Origin: an uncultured Myxococcales bacterium | GTDB lineage: Bacteria; Myxococcota_A; Polyangia; Polyangiales; Polyangiaceae | DNA length: 64,000 nucleotides | NCBI GenBank assembly: GCA_937998045.1 | Contig: CALKVG010000666.1 | Location: 314-64,313 of the forward strand | Direction: 5' to 3' | In this document: positions 26,055 to 34,540 of the stretch, in pieces | Numbering within the stretch: the first letter of the stretch is position 1 | Layout of the letters: each line of letters opens with the position of its first letter | Position numbers and translations under genes: made by a program | The notes under the pieces: model-generated | What the model was told of the DNA's origin: nothing | The model's database searches: none | Seen by the model: the letters and a program-made list of their open reading frames with translations, nothing else

Positions 26055-26356
26055 GGCCGGGCACGGCGCGCGGTCTGCGCGAGGTCGATGGCTTTGCTGG
26101 CGTACTCCTCGGCCTCCTCGGCGAGGTTCACCGCGTCCGAATAGCTGGCCTGGGAGGCCTCGATCTGCGCTTGCTCGAGGTGCTCCTTGGCGAAGTAGTA
26201 CTCGTACGGTGCGAGCTGCTCGGCGCCGACGGCACGCGCCTCCTCGACACGCGACGACGCGGCGTTGACCGCGATGGCGTAGTTGATCCCGCCGCAGGCG
26301 CTGCACGGCAAGGCGCTGCACAACGCGGCTGCCAAGACGACGAGGGGTGCGCGCAT
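26051..26356 (-). CDS. DUF4398-like lipoprotein
   Basis: 101 aa from MRAPLVVLAAALCSALPCSACGG. Helical YEYYFAKEHLEQAQIEASQASYSDAVNLAEEAEEYASKAIDL. ATGA start/stop overlap with the OmpA gene. Confidence 0.6.
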   Translation of the reverse strand: MRAPLVVLAAALCSALPCSACGGINYAIAVNAASSRVEEARAVGAEQLAPYEYYFAKEHLEQAQIEASQASYSDAVNLAEEAEEYASKAIDLAQTARRARP

Positions 26357-26443
26357 CAACGCCAAATGACGGTACCGTCCGCCCAAAGCGAAGGTCAAGG
26401 TGTGTCCCGAGTATCGGGCCAAGTCGACCGCGACTCGGGGACG

Positions 26444-27106
26444 CTACATCCGGCGGAAGACGCCGACCACGACGCCGAGGAGCATCGTCGGCTTGAAGTC
26501 GCCCGCACGCACGTAGATGGGGGCCATGTTCTTGTTGGCCGGCTGGAAACGCACGTGGTCCTTCTCCGGGAAGTAGTACTTCACGGTGGCCTCGTCGCCG
26601 ATGAGCGCGACGACGATGTCGCCGCGGCTGGCTGTCAGCTGCTTCTTCACGAAGATGTAGTCGCCGCTCAGGATGCCGGCCTCGATCATCGAGTCCCCGT
26701 GGACCTTGAGGCCGAAGACCTCACGCCCGCCCTTGATGAGGGTGCGGTCGATGCGCACCGTATCGACCACATGCTCCTCCGCGAGGAGCGGTAGCCCTGC
26801 GGCCACTCGCCCGAGGACCGGGACCTCGACGAGATCGACGTCGTTGGCGACCGTGTCGATCGGAACGGCTGCGCCACCGAGCGCCTGAACGGCGAGGTTC
26901 GTCGGCCGCAGGGCGCGGGACTTCATGTCCTCGCGCGTCAGGTACCCCTTGCGCTCGAGCGCGCGCAGGTGGTCGTTCACGCCGTTGGTGGAGCGGATCC
27001 CCATGCGGGCGCCAATCTCGCGCAGCGTGGGCGGATAGCCGCGGTCTTGAATGGACTGTCGGATGAAGTCGAGGACCATTTGCTGGCGCTGCGTGAGCCC
27101 TTGCAT
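26444..27106 (-). CDS. lexA: LexA repressor
   Basis: 220 aa from MQGLTQRQQMVLDFIRQSIQDRGYPPTLREIG (winged HTH). Ala-Gly cleavage site VAAGLP, catalytic Ser in HGDSMIEAGI and Lys in EATVKYY. Confidence 0.9.
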   Translation of the reverse strand: MQGLTQRQQMVLDFIRQSIQDRGYPPTLREIGARMGIRSTNGVNDHLRALERKGYLTREDMKSRALRPTNLAVQALGGAAVPIDTVANDVDLVEVPVLGRVAAGLPLLAEEHVVDTVRIDRTLIKGGREVFGLKVHGDSMIEAGILSGDYIFVKKQLTASRGDIVVALIGDEATVKYYFPEKDHVRFQPANKNMAPIYVRAGDFKPTMLLGVVVGVFRRM

Positions 27107-27116
27107 CTTGCGCAAG

Positions 27117-27145
27117 AGGCTACTGAACGTACGTTCTATCGTCAA
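27117..27145 (-). promoter_or_regulatory. lexA promoter with SOS box between the -35 and -10 elements
   Basis: Minus strand reads TTGACG (27145-27140), then 17 nt, then TAGCCT (27122-27117). The 17-nt spacer contains the perfect palindrome GAACGTACGTTC (27125-27136; GAAC-N4-GTTC type LexA box). The -10 ends 10 nt before the lexA ATG. Confidence 0.6.
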
Positions 27146-27360
27146 GAAACAGGGAACAGCTTGTCCACAATGGTTCCCAGCTCGCGCGCTCTGCCTTCGC
27201 TGCGGGGGCGAGCGCGGCCGCTCCCCCCGAACCCCCCGCCCGCGCACGATTTGGCCTTGTTTGCCTGGCCAGAACCGCGAGCGTCACGGCTCCAGAGCCT
27301 GGCTCGACGCATTCTTCGACAACTGCGAGGGCGGTGAGGGGTGCATGAGGGGAGGCCTGC

Positions 27361-28065
27361 TCAGCCGCCACCCCATTGGGTGAGCAGATGCATTTCCTTA
27401 CCGACGTGGCAGGTCTCGCAGTCGTGGTCGGCGCCGTCTTTTCGCTTCAGCTTGTCGACGAAGTTTGCGTCCATCCAGCGGCCGAGGGCCTTCTTGTCGG
27501 TGCGGTCCAGCTGGACGATGCGGCCCTGGTGACACGAATCGCAGAAAAGCGGCGAGGCGTCTGTCATTTGCAGCTTGACCACGAACTCGTCCCACATCTT
27601 CGCGGCGATCTTCTTTCGCCGCGTGGGCGCGGCGAAGTCGCCGGTTCCCTGCCCCGCGTGGCAGTCGCCGCACTTGGCGCCGAGCGAACGCGCGAAGAGC
27701 TTCATCACGCGCCGGAGGGCGGTCGGTTCGAGCTTCTCGAGGGGCGGAAGATTGGCTGCATCGAGACCGATGGCGCGCAGCTCGCCCGCGAGGACGCTCG
27801 ACACCGGCGCCTTCATCTCCACCGGAGCGGGTGAGGGAGCGGTACGGGGGCTCGACGGGAGAGGAGCCGCGCCGGAGCTCGCTGCGGCCCCGCTCGGGGC
27901 TTCTGCGGGTTGGGCGCCCGCGGATGGGGAGACGGAGCCAGCGGGAGCGGACGGCTCGACCGCGGGCGCCGCTGGCGTCCAAGGCGCGCCGGTGCCGGCG
28001 GCTCCGCCGCACGCTGCAAGGAAGAGACCGGCGGCCAGGAGGACGTGGGAAAGGCGGCGCGGCAT
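27361..28065 (-). CDS. triheme c-type cytochrome lipoprotein
   Basis: 234 aa. Lipoprotein signal LLAAGLFLAACGG. Three CxxCH motifs (CGDCH, CDSCH, CETCH). Confidence 0.7.
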   Translation of the reverse strand: MPRRLSHVLLAAGLFLAACGGAAGTGAPWTPAAPAVEPSAPAGSVSPSAGAQPAEAPSGAAASSGAAPLPSSPRTAPSPAPVEMKAPVSSVLAGELRAIGLDAANLPPLEKLEPTALRRVMKLFARSLGAKCGDCHAGQGTGDFAAPTRRKKIAAKMWDEFVVKLQMTDASPLFCDSCHQGRIVQLDRTDKKALGRWMDANFVDKLKRKDGADHDCETCHVGKEMHLLTQWGGG

Positions 28066-28069
28066 CCCG

Positions 28070-28579
28070 TCAGAACTTCCCGCTCGTCGTCAGGAAGGTC
28101 AGCTTCTCGTTGGTCTCGCGCAGACGCGCCGAGAGGATCCGCACGCAGTTCCAGAGGACTTCGTAGGCCAGGTCCTTGTGCAAGAAGAGGAGGTCGTCGA
28201 ACGACTCCTTGGTGATGACGAGGATGCGGCAGCGCTCGTGAACGCGCGCGTCGGCCGAGCGCGGCGACTCGTCGAGGAGCGACATTTCGCCGAAGACCTC
28301 GCCGGGCCCGAGGACCGCGAGGGCCTCTTCGCCCATGCCGGCGACCTCGCGGGAGATGCGGACCTTGCCCTCGAGGATGATAAAGAGCTTGTCGCCCGGA
28401 TCGCCGAACTGGACGAGCTTCGTCCCGGTGGCGTGCGTTTCCTCCGTGGTGGCTTGCGCGATCAACGCGAGCGCCTCGCGCGTGAGCCCGTCGAAGAACG
28501 GGACGCGCGCGAGCTGCTCCTCGCGCTCGGTCATCGGCGCTTCGGAGTCAGGCTGGCCAAGAGGAGATACGGAAGACAC
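28070..28579 (-). CDS. cyclic-nucleotide-binding domain protein
   Basis: 169 aa. cNMP-binding signature GDKLFIILEGKVRI...GPGEVFGEMSLLDESPRSADA. No DNA-binding domain appended. Confidence 0.8.
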   Translation of the reverse strand: MSSVSPLGQPDSEAPMTEREEQLARVPFFDGLTREALALIAQATTEETHATGTKLVQFGDPGDKLFIILEGKVRISREVAGMGEEALAVLGPGEVFGEMSLLDESPRSADARVHERCRILVITKESFDDLLFLHKDLAYEVLWNCVRILSARLRETNEKLTFLTTSGKF

Positions 28580-28625
28580 GCTCTTCCGCGAGAGTACGAC
28601 GCCGAACAGAGGGGGTCTACCGGCC

Positions 28626-29585
28626 TCAATGCGGGTCGTTGACGGCCATCCAGCGCTCGGCGTCGAGCGCGGCCATGCATCCCGTGCCCGCCGCGGTGAC
28701 GGCCTGCCGGTAGGTGAAATCCTGTACGTCGCCGCAAGCGAAGACGCCAGGGACGCTCGTGTAGGTGGTGCCGGGACGCGTCTTGATATAGCCGTTGTCG
28801 TGAAGCTCGAGCTGTCCTGCGAAAAGGTCGGTGTTCGGCGTGTGGCCGATGGCGACGAAGAAGCCCGTCGCGGCGACGACCATGGTCTCGTTCGTCTTCA
28901 CGTTGCGGACGCGGGCGCCGGTGACCTCGCCCTTTTTTACGTCCAGCACCTCGTCGACGATCGCGTTGTAGAGGACCTTGATCTTGGGGTTCTTCAGGAC
29001 CCTCTCCTGCATGGTCTTGCTGGCGCGGAAGCTCTCGCGCCGATGAATGAGCGTCACGCTCTTGCAGAGACCCGACAGGTACATCGACTCTTCCATCGCC
29101 GTATCGCCGCCGCCGATGACGATGACGTCCTGGCCGCGGAAGAACGCTCCGTCGCACACGGCGCAGGCGCTCACGCCTTTGCCCTGGAGCGCATGCTCGC
29201 TCTCGAGACCCAGCCACTTGGCCTGCGCTCCGGTCGCGACGATCAGCGTGCGCGCTTTGTGCAGCACCTTGTCCTCTCCCACGGTCACCGTGAAGGGACG
29301 TTTGCTGAGGTCCACGTGGTTCACGTCGTCGGTCACGATCTCGACGCCCTGCACGACGGACTGGTCTCGGAAAGACTTCATCAGGTCCGGGCCCGTGATC
29401 TTCTCGGGGAAGCCGGGGTAGTTCTCGACGTCGTTGGTAATCATGAGCTGCCCGCCCGGGATGCCGCCGCGGACCAGGCCCTCGAACATGATCGGCTTCA
29501 GGTTTGCCCGGGCGGCATAGATGGCCGCGGTGTGCCCGGCGGGGCCGGAACCGATCACGATGACGTTGCGGACTTCGTTGCTCAT
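28626..29585 (-). CDS. trxB: thioredoxin-disulfide reductase
   Basis: 319 aa from MSNEVRNVIVIGSGPAGHTAAIYAARA. Redox-active CAVCDG. VIVIGGGDTAMEE NADPH motif. Confidence 0.9.
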   Translation of the reverse strand: MSNEVRNVIVIGSGPAGHTAAIYAARANLKPIMFEGLVRGGIPGGQLMITNDVENYPGFPEKITGPDLMKSFRDQSVVQGVEIVTDDVNHVDLSKRPFTVTVGEDKVLHKARTLIVATGAQAKWLGLESEHALQGKGVSACAVCDGAFFRGQDVIVIGGGDTAMEESMYLSGLCKSVTLIHRRESFRASKTMQERVLKNPKIKVLYNAIVDEVLDVKKGEVTGARVRNVKTNETMVVAATGFFVAIGHTPNTDLFAGQLELHDNGYIKTRPGTTYTSVPGVFACGDVQDFTYRQAVTAAGTGCMAALDAERWMAVNDPH

Positions 29586-29930
29586 CCTGGCTCCCTCGTT
29601 GCCTTCGGCTCTACTGGTACCGCGGTTGGCGGTACCTCGCCAATCAGAACGCAAGCGACGCGCCGACGTTGACGATCTTGATGGAGCTCGTAATCGTGGC
29701 GAGATTTGCGGCCCAATCCGTCCGGTGCTTCTGCGTGCCGGTAGCGGGACATGTCGCCGTGGTGCCCTGGGGATCCAATCCCATGGAGCATGGCGTCCCC
29801 GCAAGGGCGCTCAGCCCCAGGGCGACACGCGAACCTCTGCACCGCGTCGAAGTCGATGTTCTGGTAGACGGAATTTGCGGCCTGCTTCTCGAGGACGTTC
29901 CCGCGCGGACCGCGAGCTCGTCGGGGACGA

Positions 29931-31736
29931 CTACTCCTTGACGGGAGTCGCCTTGAGGGACGCGCGCCCCTCCTTCACGTAGACGCTGAACTTCACCCGC
30001 TTGCAGCCGTGCTTCTGGATCAGGTTGTCGCGGTTCTTCTTCAGCGTGTGCGAGAACTTCTCGAAGGTGAGGCCGTCGGTAGGTTCGCCGCATTGCTTCT
30101 TCGTGCGGACGAAATCCTCGTAGACACCGAGCCACTCCGCGCTGTCGTCGACGGCGCGACTCTCACCGGTAGCCTGCGCCAAGAGCTCGGCCGGGACGGC
30201 GCCGACCATCGTCGCGTCCTCGTCTTCGTCGGAGATCGGGTTGAGCGACGGAACCGGCGGCGGCGCGATGCGCGCGGCCGCGGACGCGCCGGCTAACGCA
30301 GGCGGCTTGGCCGCCGGAATGGGCGGCGGCCCACCAGGTCTCGATCCCGCGGCAGGCGTCGCCTTCGGCACGGACGCCGGGCCCGCAAGACCGGCGGCAG
30401 CAGGGGGCGCGCCGGGCGCGGCCCACTGCGGGCTCGATCGCGGCGGAGCCGGCAGGCCTGCAGACGGCGGCCCGGCGGGCGCGGGTGGTTCGGGCGTCTT
30501 GCCGTCGGCGAGCGGAAAGGCAAATGCGCTCATCGCGGGCTGCGCGGGAGCGGGACCAAGGATCGACTCCAGGTCGGCCGGCTTGCGCGTCTTGCCTCCG
30601 GACTTTTCGATCGCGTGCTCGATCCCCTCGTTGATGCTCTGCGCGGCGAGGCGATACGAGCCGCGGAAGCGCGCGACCTGCAGCCCGTCCATCAGGCCCT
30701 TCTTCAGCCGCTCGGCCTGAATCACGAGCTCGTTGAGCGGCTGCTGGTGCTCGAGCAGCGTGAGCGCGAAGCCGACGCCGGCCGCTCCGATGACGACCGC
30801 CACGAGCATGATCCAGGGAACGTTGGCCTTGTCTTTGTCGTCGGCGCTGGCCAGGAAGGCCATCGGGCCCGACAGCGGCACGCGGCTGCGCGCCACCGCG
30901 AAGCCGCCGCCGAGAGGCCAGACGTCTCCCGGCAGGCGCGCGTACATGGCGCCCAGGTCGTCTCCGAGCATCCGGACATCGGAGCGGCCGCCGTCGCCGT
31001 ACGTCTTGTCGTCGATCTTCTGCAGCTCGTTGCCGACCGCGTCGAGCTTCTCCTCGTCGAAGCCGTCGACACCCACGCCGGCAGCGACGCGCTGCCCGGA
31101 TGCGTAGAAGGCCACGGCCGTGCGCGTTCGCCGGGCGATATCGTCGGCGAACCGCTTGCTTATCTCCTTCAGGCCGACGATGGCCCCGGCGGGCCGCTGC
31201 GCGACGTCGTACTCGACCGGACGCGCGACGACGACGTACATCTTGCTCCCGAGGAGCCACACGTCATCGCGGAGCCAGCCGTGAAGGGCGTCGTTGACGG
31301 CGGGATAGCCGCCGAGCTCGAACTCGTCGTTCCCGTTCGCGCTGTCGAAGCCCAGCTGCGCGACGACCCGGCCGTCGCGGTCGACGGCGAAGAGCGCGTC
31401 CTCGCGCCAGTCGGCGGGGATGGCGTCGTTGATCGTGCCGAGCGCCTTGCGCGCGCTCTGCTTGGCAGACTCGGGGATCTTGCTCTCCTTGCTCGTGTTG
31501 GCGGAGGTCAGCGACTGCTGAAGCGTGCCGTCGACGCTGCCGACGAGCAGCGAATCCAGGCGGCGGCGGGCGTCGATCTTGAGCGCCCACTCGACGGTCT
31601 GGCTGTCGGACGCGAGGCCCTCCTTGAGCGAAAGCGTCGTCGCTCGGTTGTACTGCCCCACCGCGACGTACACGACGTACAGCGCCACCGCGACCGCGAG
31701 GCCGAGCAGCACGTACCAGAGGCGCGAGAGGATCAT
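29931..31736 (-). CDS. membrane sensor-like protein (TM, periplasmic domain, TM, HAMP-like helix, Pro/Ala linker, conserved basic C-terminal domain)
   Basis: 601 aa from MILSRLWYVLLGLAVAVALYVVYV. Second TM WIMLVAVVIGAAGVGFALTLL followed by a HAMP-like LNELVIQAERLKKGL... segment. Tail WLGVYEDFVRTKKQCGEPTDGLTFEKFSHTLKKNRDNLIQKHGCKRVKFSVYVKEGRASLKATP. I believe this is the myxobacterial MXAN_5187-type C-terminal domain (unverified). Confidence 0.65.
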   Translation of the reverse strand: MILSRLWYVLLGLAVAVALYVVYVAVGQYNRATTLSLKEGLASDSQTVEWALKIDARRRLDSLLVGSVDGTLQQSLTSANTSKESKIPESAKQSARKALGTINDAIPADWREDALFAVDRDGRVVAQLGFDSANGNDEFELGGYPAVNDALHGWLRDDVWLLGSKMYVVVARPVEYDVAQRPAGAIVGLKEISKRFADDIARRTRTAVAFYASGQRVAAGVGVDGFDEEKLDAVGNELQKIDDKTYGDGGRSDVRMLGDDLGAMYARLPGDVWPLGGGFAVARSRVPLSGPMAFLASADDKDKANVPWIMLVAVVIGAAGVGFALTLLEHQQPLNELVIQAERLKKGLMDGLQVARFRGSYRLAAQSINEGIEHAIEKSGGKTRKPADLESILGPAPAQPAMSAFAFPLADGKTPEPPAPAGPPSAGLPAPPRSSPQWAAPGAPPAAAGLAGPASVPKATPAAGSRPGGPPPIPAAKPPALAGASAAARIAPPPVPSLNPISDEDEDATMVGAVPAELLAQATGESRAVDDSAEWLGVYEDFVRTKKQCGEPTDGLTFEKFSHTLKKNRDNLIQKHGCKRVKFSVYVKEGRASLKATPVKE

Positions 31737-32494
31737 CACTTGGATTCGCCTCCCACCGCGAGCTGCTCTTTGAGCTCGAGCCCCCGATCGCCCACGTGAA
31801 CGCCCTCGATCGCGCGCCCGACGGGCTTGCCGTCGAAGAACGCGCGCAGGGTGTATTCGCCCGGGGGCACGTTGAGCGTGAACTGCCCGTCCCGATCGGG
31901 GTACGCGTAATCGACGGCCTTCTCGTCCACCACGACGTACATGACGATGCCAGGAAAAAGTTGGTCGCGGATCTGATGCACGCCCGGCGCAGCGGCGGCC
32001 CACTCCCGGGTGGAGCCGGGCGCCGTCGGGTTGGGCGCCCAGCCCGCGTTCCCTACCTCGTACAACTGGTGCGGGAACGGGTCGGCGTTCTTGAAGCTAA
32101 GGCGCGACCCCGGGGAGAGGACGATGGTCGCGGGGGTGATGCGGCCACCCGTTACCTTCACCACCTGCGGCTCGTGCGCCCCTGCAGCGCCGCCGCCGAG
32201 CGCCACCACGCAGACGTCCCGCGTGACGTTGGCCGAAAGGCGCCGGAACTCCTGCTTCACTGTCGGCGAGGGCTCACGCCAGTTGTAGCGATGAGCGTCG
32301 GGCTTGGAGGCCTCGACGTACACGGCGGGTAGCAGCTTCTCCCATCCGCTGACTCTTCCTTTCAGGTTGGCCACCGACGCTCCCGCGAACAGTGTGCCAC
32401 TGAACAAAAGCGCGGCGAGCACGGCGAGCGGCCAGACCCCATGGGCGACGCGCGTCGGGCGACGCGCGCACAATCTACGCTTCGCGTCGGGCAT
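31736..32494 (-). CDS. secreted protein with cupredoxin-like and carboxypeptidase-regulatory-like beta-sandwich segments
   Basis: 252 aa from MPDAKRRLCARRPTRVAHGVWPLAVLAALLFSGTLFAGA. PGSRLSFKNADPFPHQLY and DGQFTLNVPPGEYTLRAFFDG. Its stop overlaps the next start (TGATG). Confidence 0.55.
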   Translation of the reverse strand: MPDAKRRLCARRPTRVAHGVWPLAVLAALLFSGTLFAGASVANLKGRVSGWEKLLPAVYVEASKPDAHRYNWREPSPTVKQEFRRLSANVTRDVCVVALGGGAAGAHEPQVVKVTGGRITPATIVLSPGSRLSFKNADPFPHQLYEVGNAGWAPNPTAPGSTREWAAAAPGVHQIRDQLFPGIVMYVVVDEKAVDYAYPDRDGQFTLNVPPGEYTLRAFFDGKPVGRAIEGVHVGDRGLELKEQLAVGGESK

Positions 32495-32643
32495 TTGTAG
32501 CGTCCGAGCCAAAACGGTAGCTGACCGCGAAAGGCGGTGTAAACGGCTTTCGCGAGGGATAGCTTTGCGGCCATGGTGGCTCTGCGGTCGCGGGAGACCC
32601 GCGACAGCGCCCGCGGTCTCCTCTGTCTCGTCTGGTTCGACGG

Positions 32644-34500
32644 GTGCGCAGGCCGTTCCCCGCGAGCTTCCCACCCATGATCGCGGCGAGCACCGTCAGA
32701 ACAGCCCCTGGGACGGCGCCGCAACCACTCGAGCCCCGGGGGGATGCGCCGGCGCCGCTCGTATTCCACCGCGGCGCTCGCGCGCCGTACGCCACCCGGT
32801 GGTTCGGGGTCACCTCGCTGGCTGGACACGCGCGAAATTTCGTGGCGAGCGCGATTGCCGCCGAGTCGATCGATTCGCGCGACTGGATGCGCCCCGCATC
32901 CCCCGAGGAACTTCTGCTCCACTGCAAGCGCGTGCTCGGAACGGAAACGGGGGCGACCCTCGCGGACGCGCTCGGGCGCGAGGTATGGATCGACTTCGTC
33001 GCCGACACGGGGGACGACTACGACGTCAGCCAGGCCGTCGCGCGGATGATGTTCGAGGACTACGAGGTCGCACACAACGGCACCCGGCGCCTCTTGCCGC
33101 GCGGCGACGTGCTCCTCTTCGGCGGCGACACCGCCTACCCGGTCGCGACGGGGGAAGAGATTGCCCGGCGCGTCGTCGTGCCCTGGAACGAGGTGCTGCG
33201 CGAACGACTGCAGGACGTGTCCGTTGGGCGCGAGCGCCGGCGCGTGCTGCTCGGCATCGCGGGCAACCATGACTGGTACGACGGGCTCGACGGGTTCGGC
33301 CGACTGTTCCGCCGCAAGCCACTGAGCACGGGGAGCGAAGAGCCGCAGGACGAGCCGCCGCGGTCGTCGCCTCGGCGGCGGCGCGCCAAGCGCAGGGCGG
33401 GCATCGCGGCGCGGCAGCTTCACCTGGACGAGGTGGGAGGGGCGCTCCGGATGCTGGCGAGCGCGTGGCGAGGCCTGCGCGCCTTCGCCTCCGGGTCGAA
33501 GATCGTACGCCCGCGCAGGCTCGCGCTCGTCGGGTACGACCCCGTCCAGGAGGCCTCCTACTGGGCGCTCCCGCTCGCGCGGGGGCTCGAGGTCTGGGGC
33601 GTGGACCGGCAGCTCGGGCGCCTCGACTATCGGCAGCGCCAGTTCTTCGCCGAGCGGCGGCGCGCGCTGGGGCCCGACGCGCGCATCCTCTTCGTCGCGC
33701 CGGATCCGGCGCTCGCGTTCGGCGAGAAACACGGGCCCGGTGCGCGCATGCTCTCGGCGTGTCGCCTGTCGCTCGAGACGAGCCGCCTCTTTTACCTGAC
33801 CGGCGACGTCCACCACTACGAGCGGCGAACGCCGTCGAAGACGAGCCTTCACGTGATCGCCGGCGGCGGGGGAGCCTTTCTCCACGGGACACGGATCTCG
33901 GCGGCGCCGGGTGCCCCGCCGGCCTGCGCGTGGCCCTCCGCCGCGACATCGCGGCGCCTGGTCGCCCAGGTCCCATTCAAGCTCGTCGTCGGAAGCGCAG
34001 GGTTCGTCGTTCACCTCGGCTTCGCGTTGATCGCGTCGCTGGAGCTGTGGGCGAGCGCACACGGGACGGGCGCCCTCGTTGCGATGGCGTGCCTGGTCGC
34101 CGTCTGCCTGGCATCAGGCCTCTACGCGAACGTCGGCCACAACCGCGCTCACCCGTTCGCCGTCGCCGCCGTGTCGATCCCGTTCGGCACGGGCCTCGGG
34201 CTCCTCCCGATGTCGCTCCGGCTCGCACTCCCCCGCATCGTCCCTGCAATCGACTGGGACATCGGCGTCGTGGTCGTGTACGCGTTCCTGGGCGCGCTGG
34301 CCCTGGGCGTCTTTCTGGCGCTCGTCGCCGTGATGGGGCTCGAGCAGCAGCAAGCGTTCAGCGTCTTGAGCCATCCGGGGTTCAAGCACTTCGTCCGGCT
34401 GTGCGTCCACCCGGATGGCCGGGTCGAGGCCTGGACGATCGGCAAGGACGATCCCGTCGGCAAGGGCGCACCGACGCTCATCGACCAGTTCGAGTGGTGA
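32644..34500 (+). CDS. membrane-bound metallophosphoesterase
   Basis: 618 aa. Calcineurin-like motifs FVADTGDDYD, GGDTAYP, GIAGNHDWYDG, LTGDVHHYER, followed by about four hydrophobic helices. Confidence 0.75.
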   Translation: MRRPFPASFPPMIAASTVRTAPGTAPQPLEPRGDAPAPLVFHRGARAPYATRWFGVTSLAGHARNFVASAIAAESIDSRDWMRPASPEELLLHCKRVLGTETGATLADALGREVWIDFVADTGDDYDVSQAVARMMFEDYEVAHNGTRRLLPRGDVLLFGGDTAYPVATGEEIARRVVVPWNEVLRERLQDVSVGRERRRVLLGIAGNHDWYDGLDGFGRLFRRKPLSTGSEEPQDEPPRSSPRRRRAKRRAGIAARQLHLDEVGGALRMLASAWRGLRAFASGSKIVRPRRLALVGYDPVQEASYWALPLARGLEVWGVDRQLGRLDYRQRQFFAERRRALGPDARILFVAPDPALAFGEKHGPGARMLSACRLSLETSRLFYLTGDVHHYERRTPSKTSLHVIAGGGGAFLHGTRISAAPGAPPACAWPSAATSRRLVAQVPFKLVVGSAGFVVHLGFALIASLELWASAHGTGALVAMACLVAVCLASGLYANVGHNRAHPFAVAAVSIPFGTGLGLLPMSLRLALPRIVPAIDWDIGVVVVYAFLGALALGVFLALVAVMGLEQQQAFSVLSHPGFKHFVRLCVHPDGRVEAWTIGKDDPVGKGAPTLIDQFEW

Positions 34501-34540
34501 AGGGGCGAGGGACCAACGGCCCTCGGCGTACCGTCGAGCC

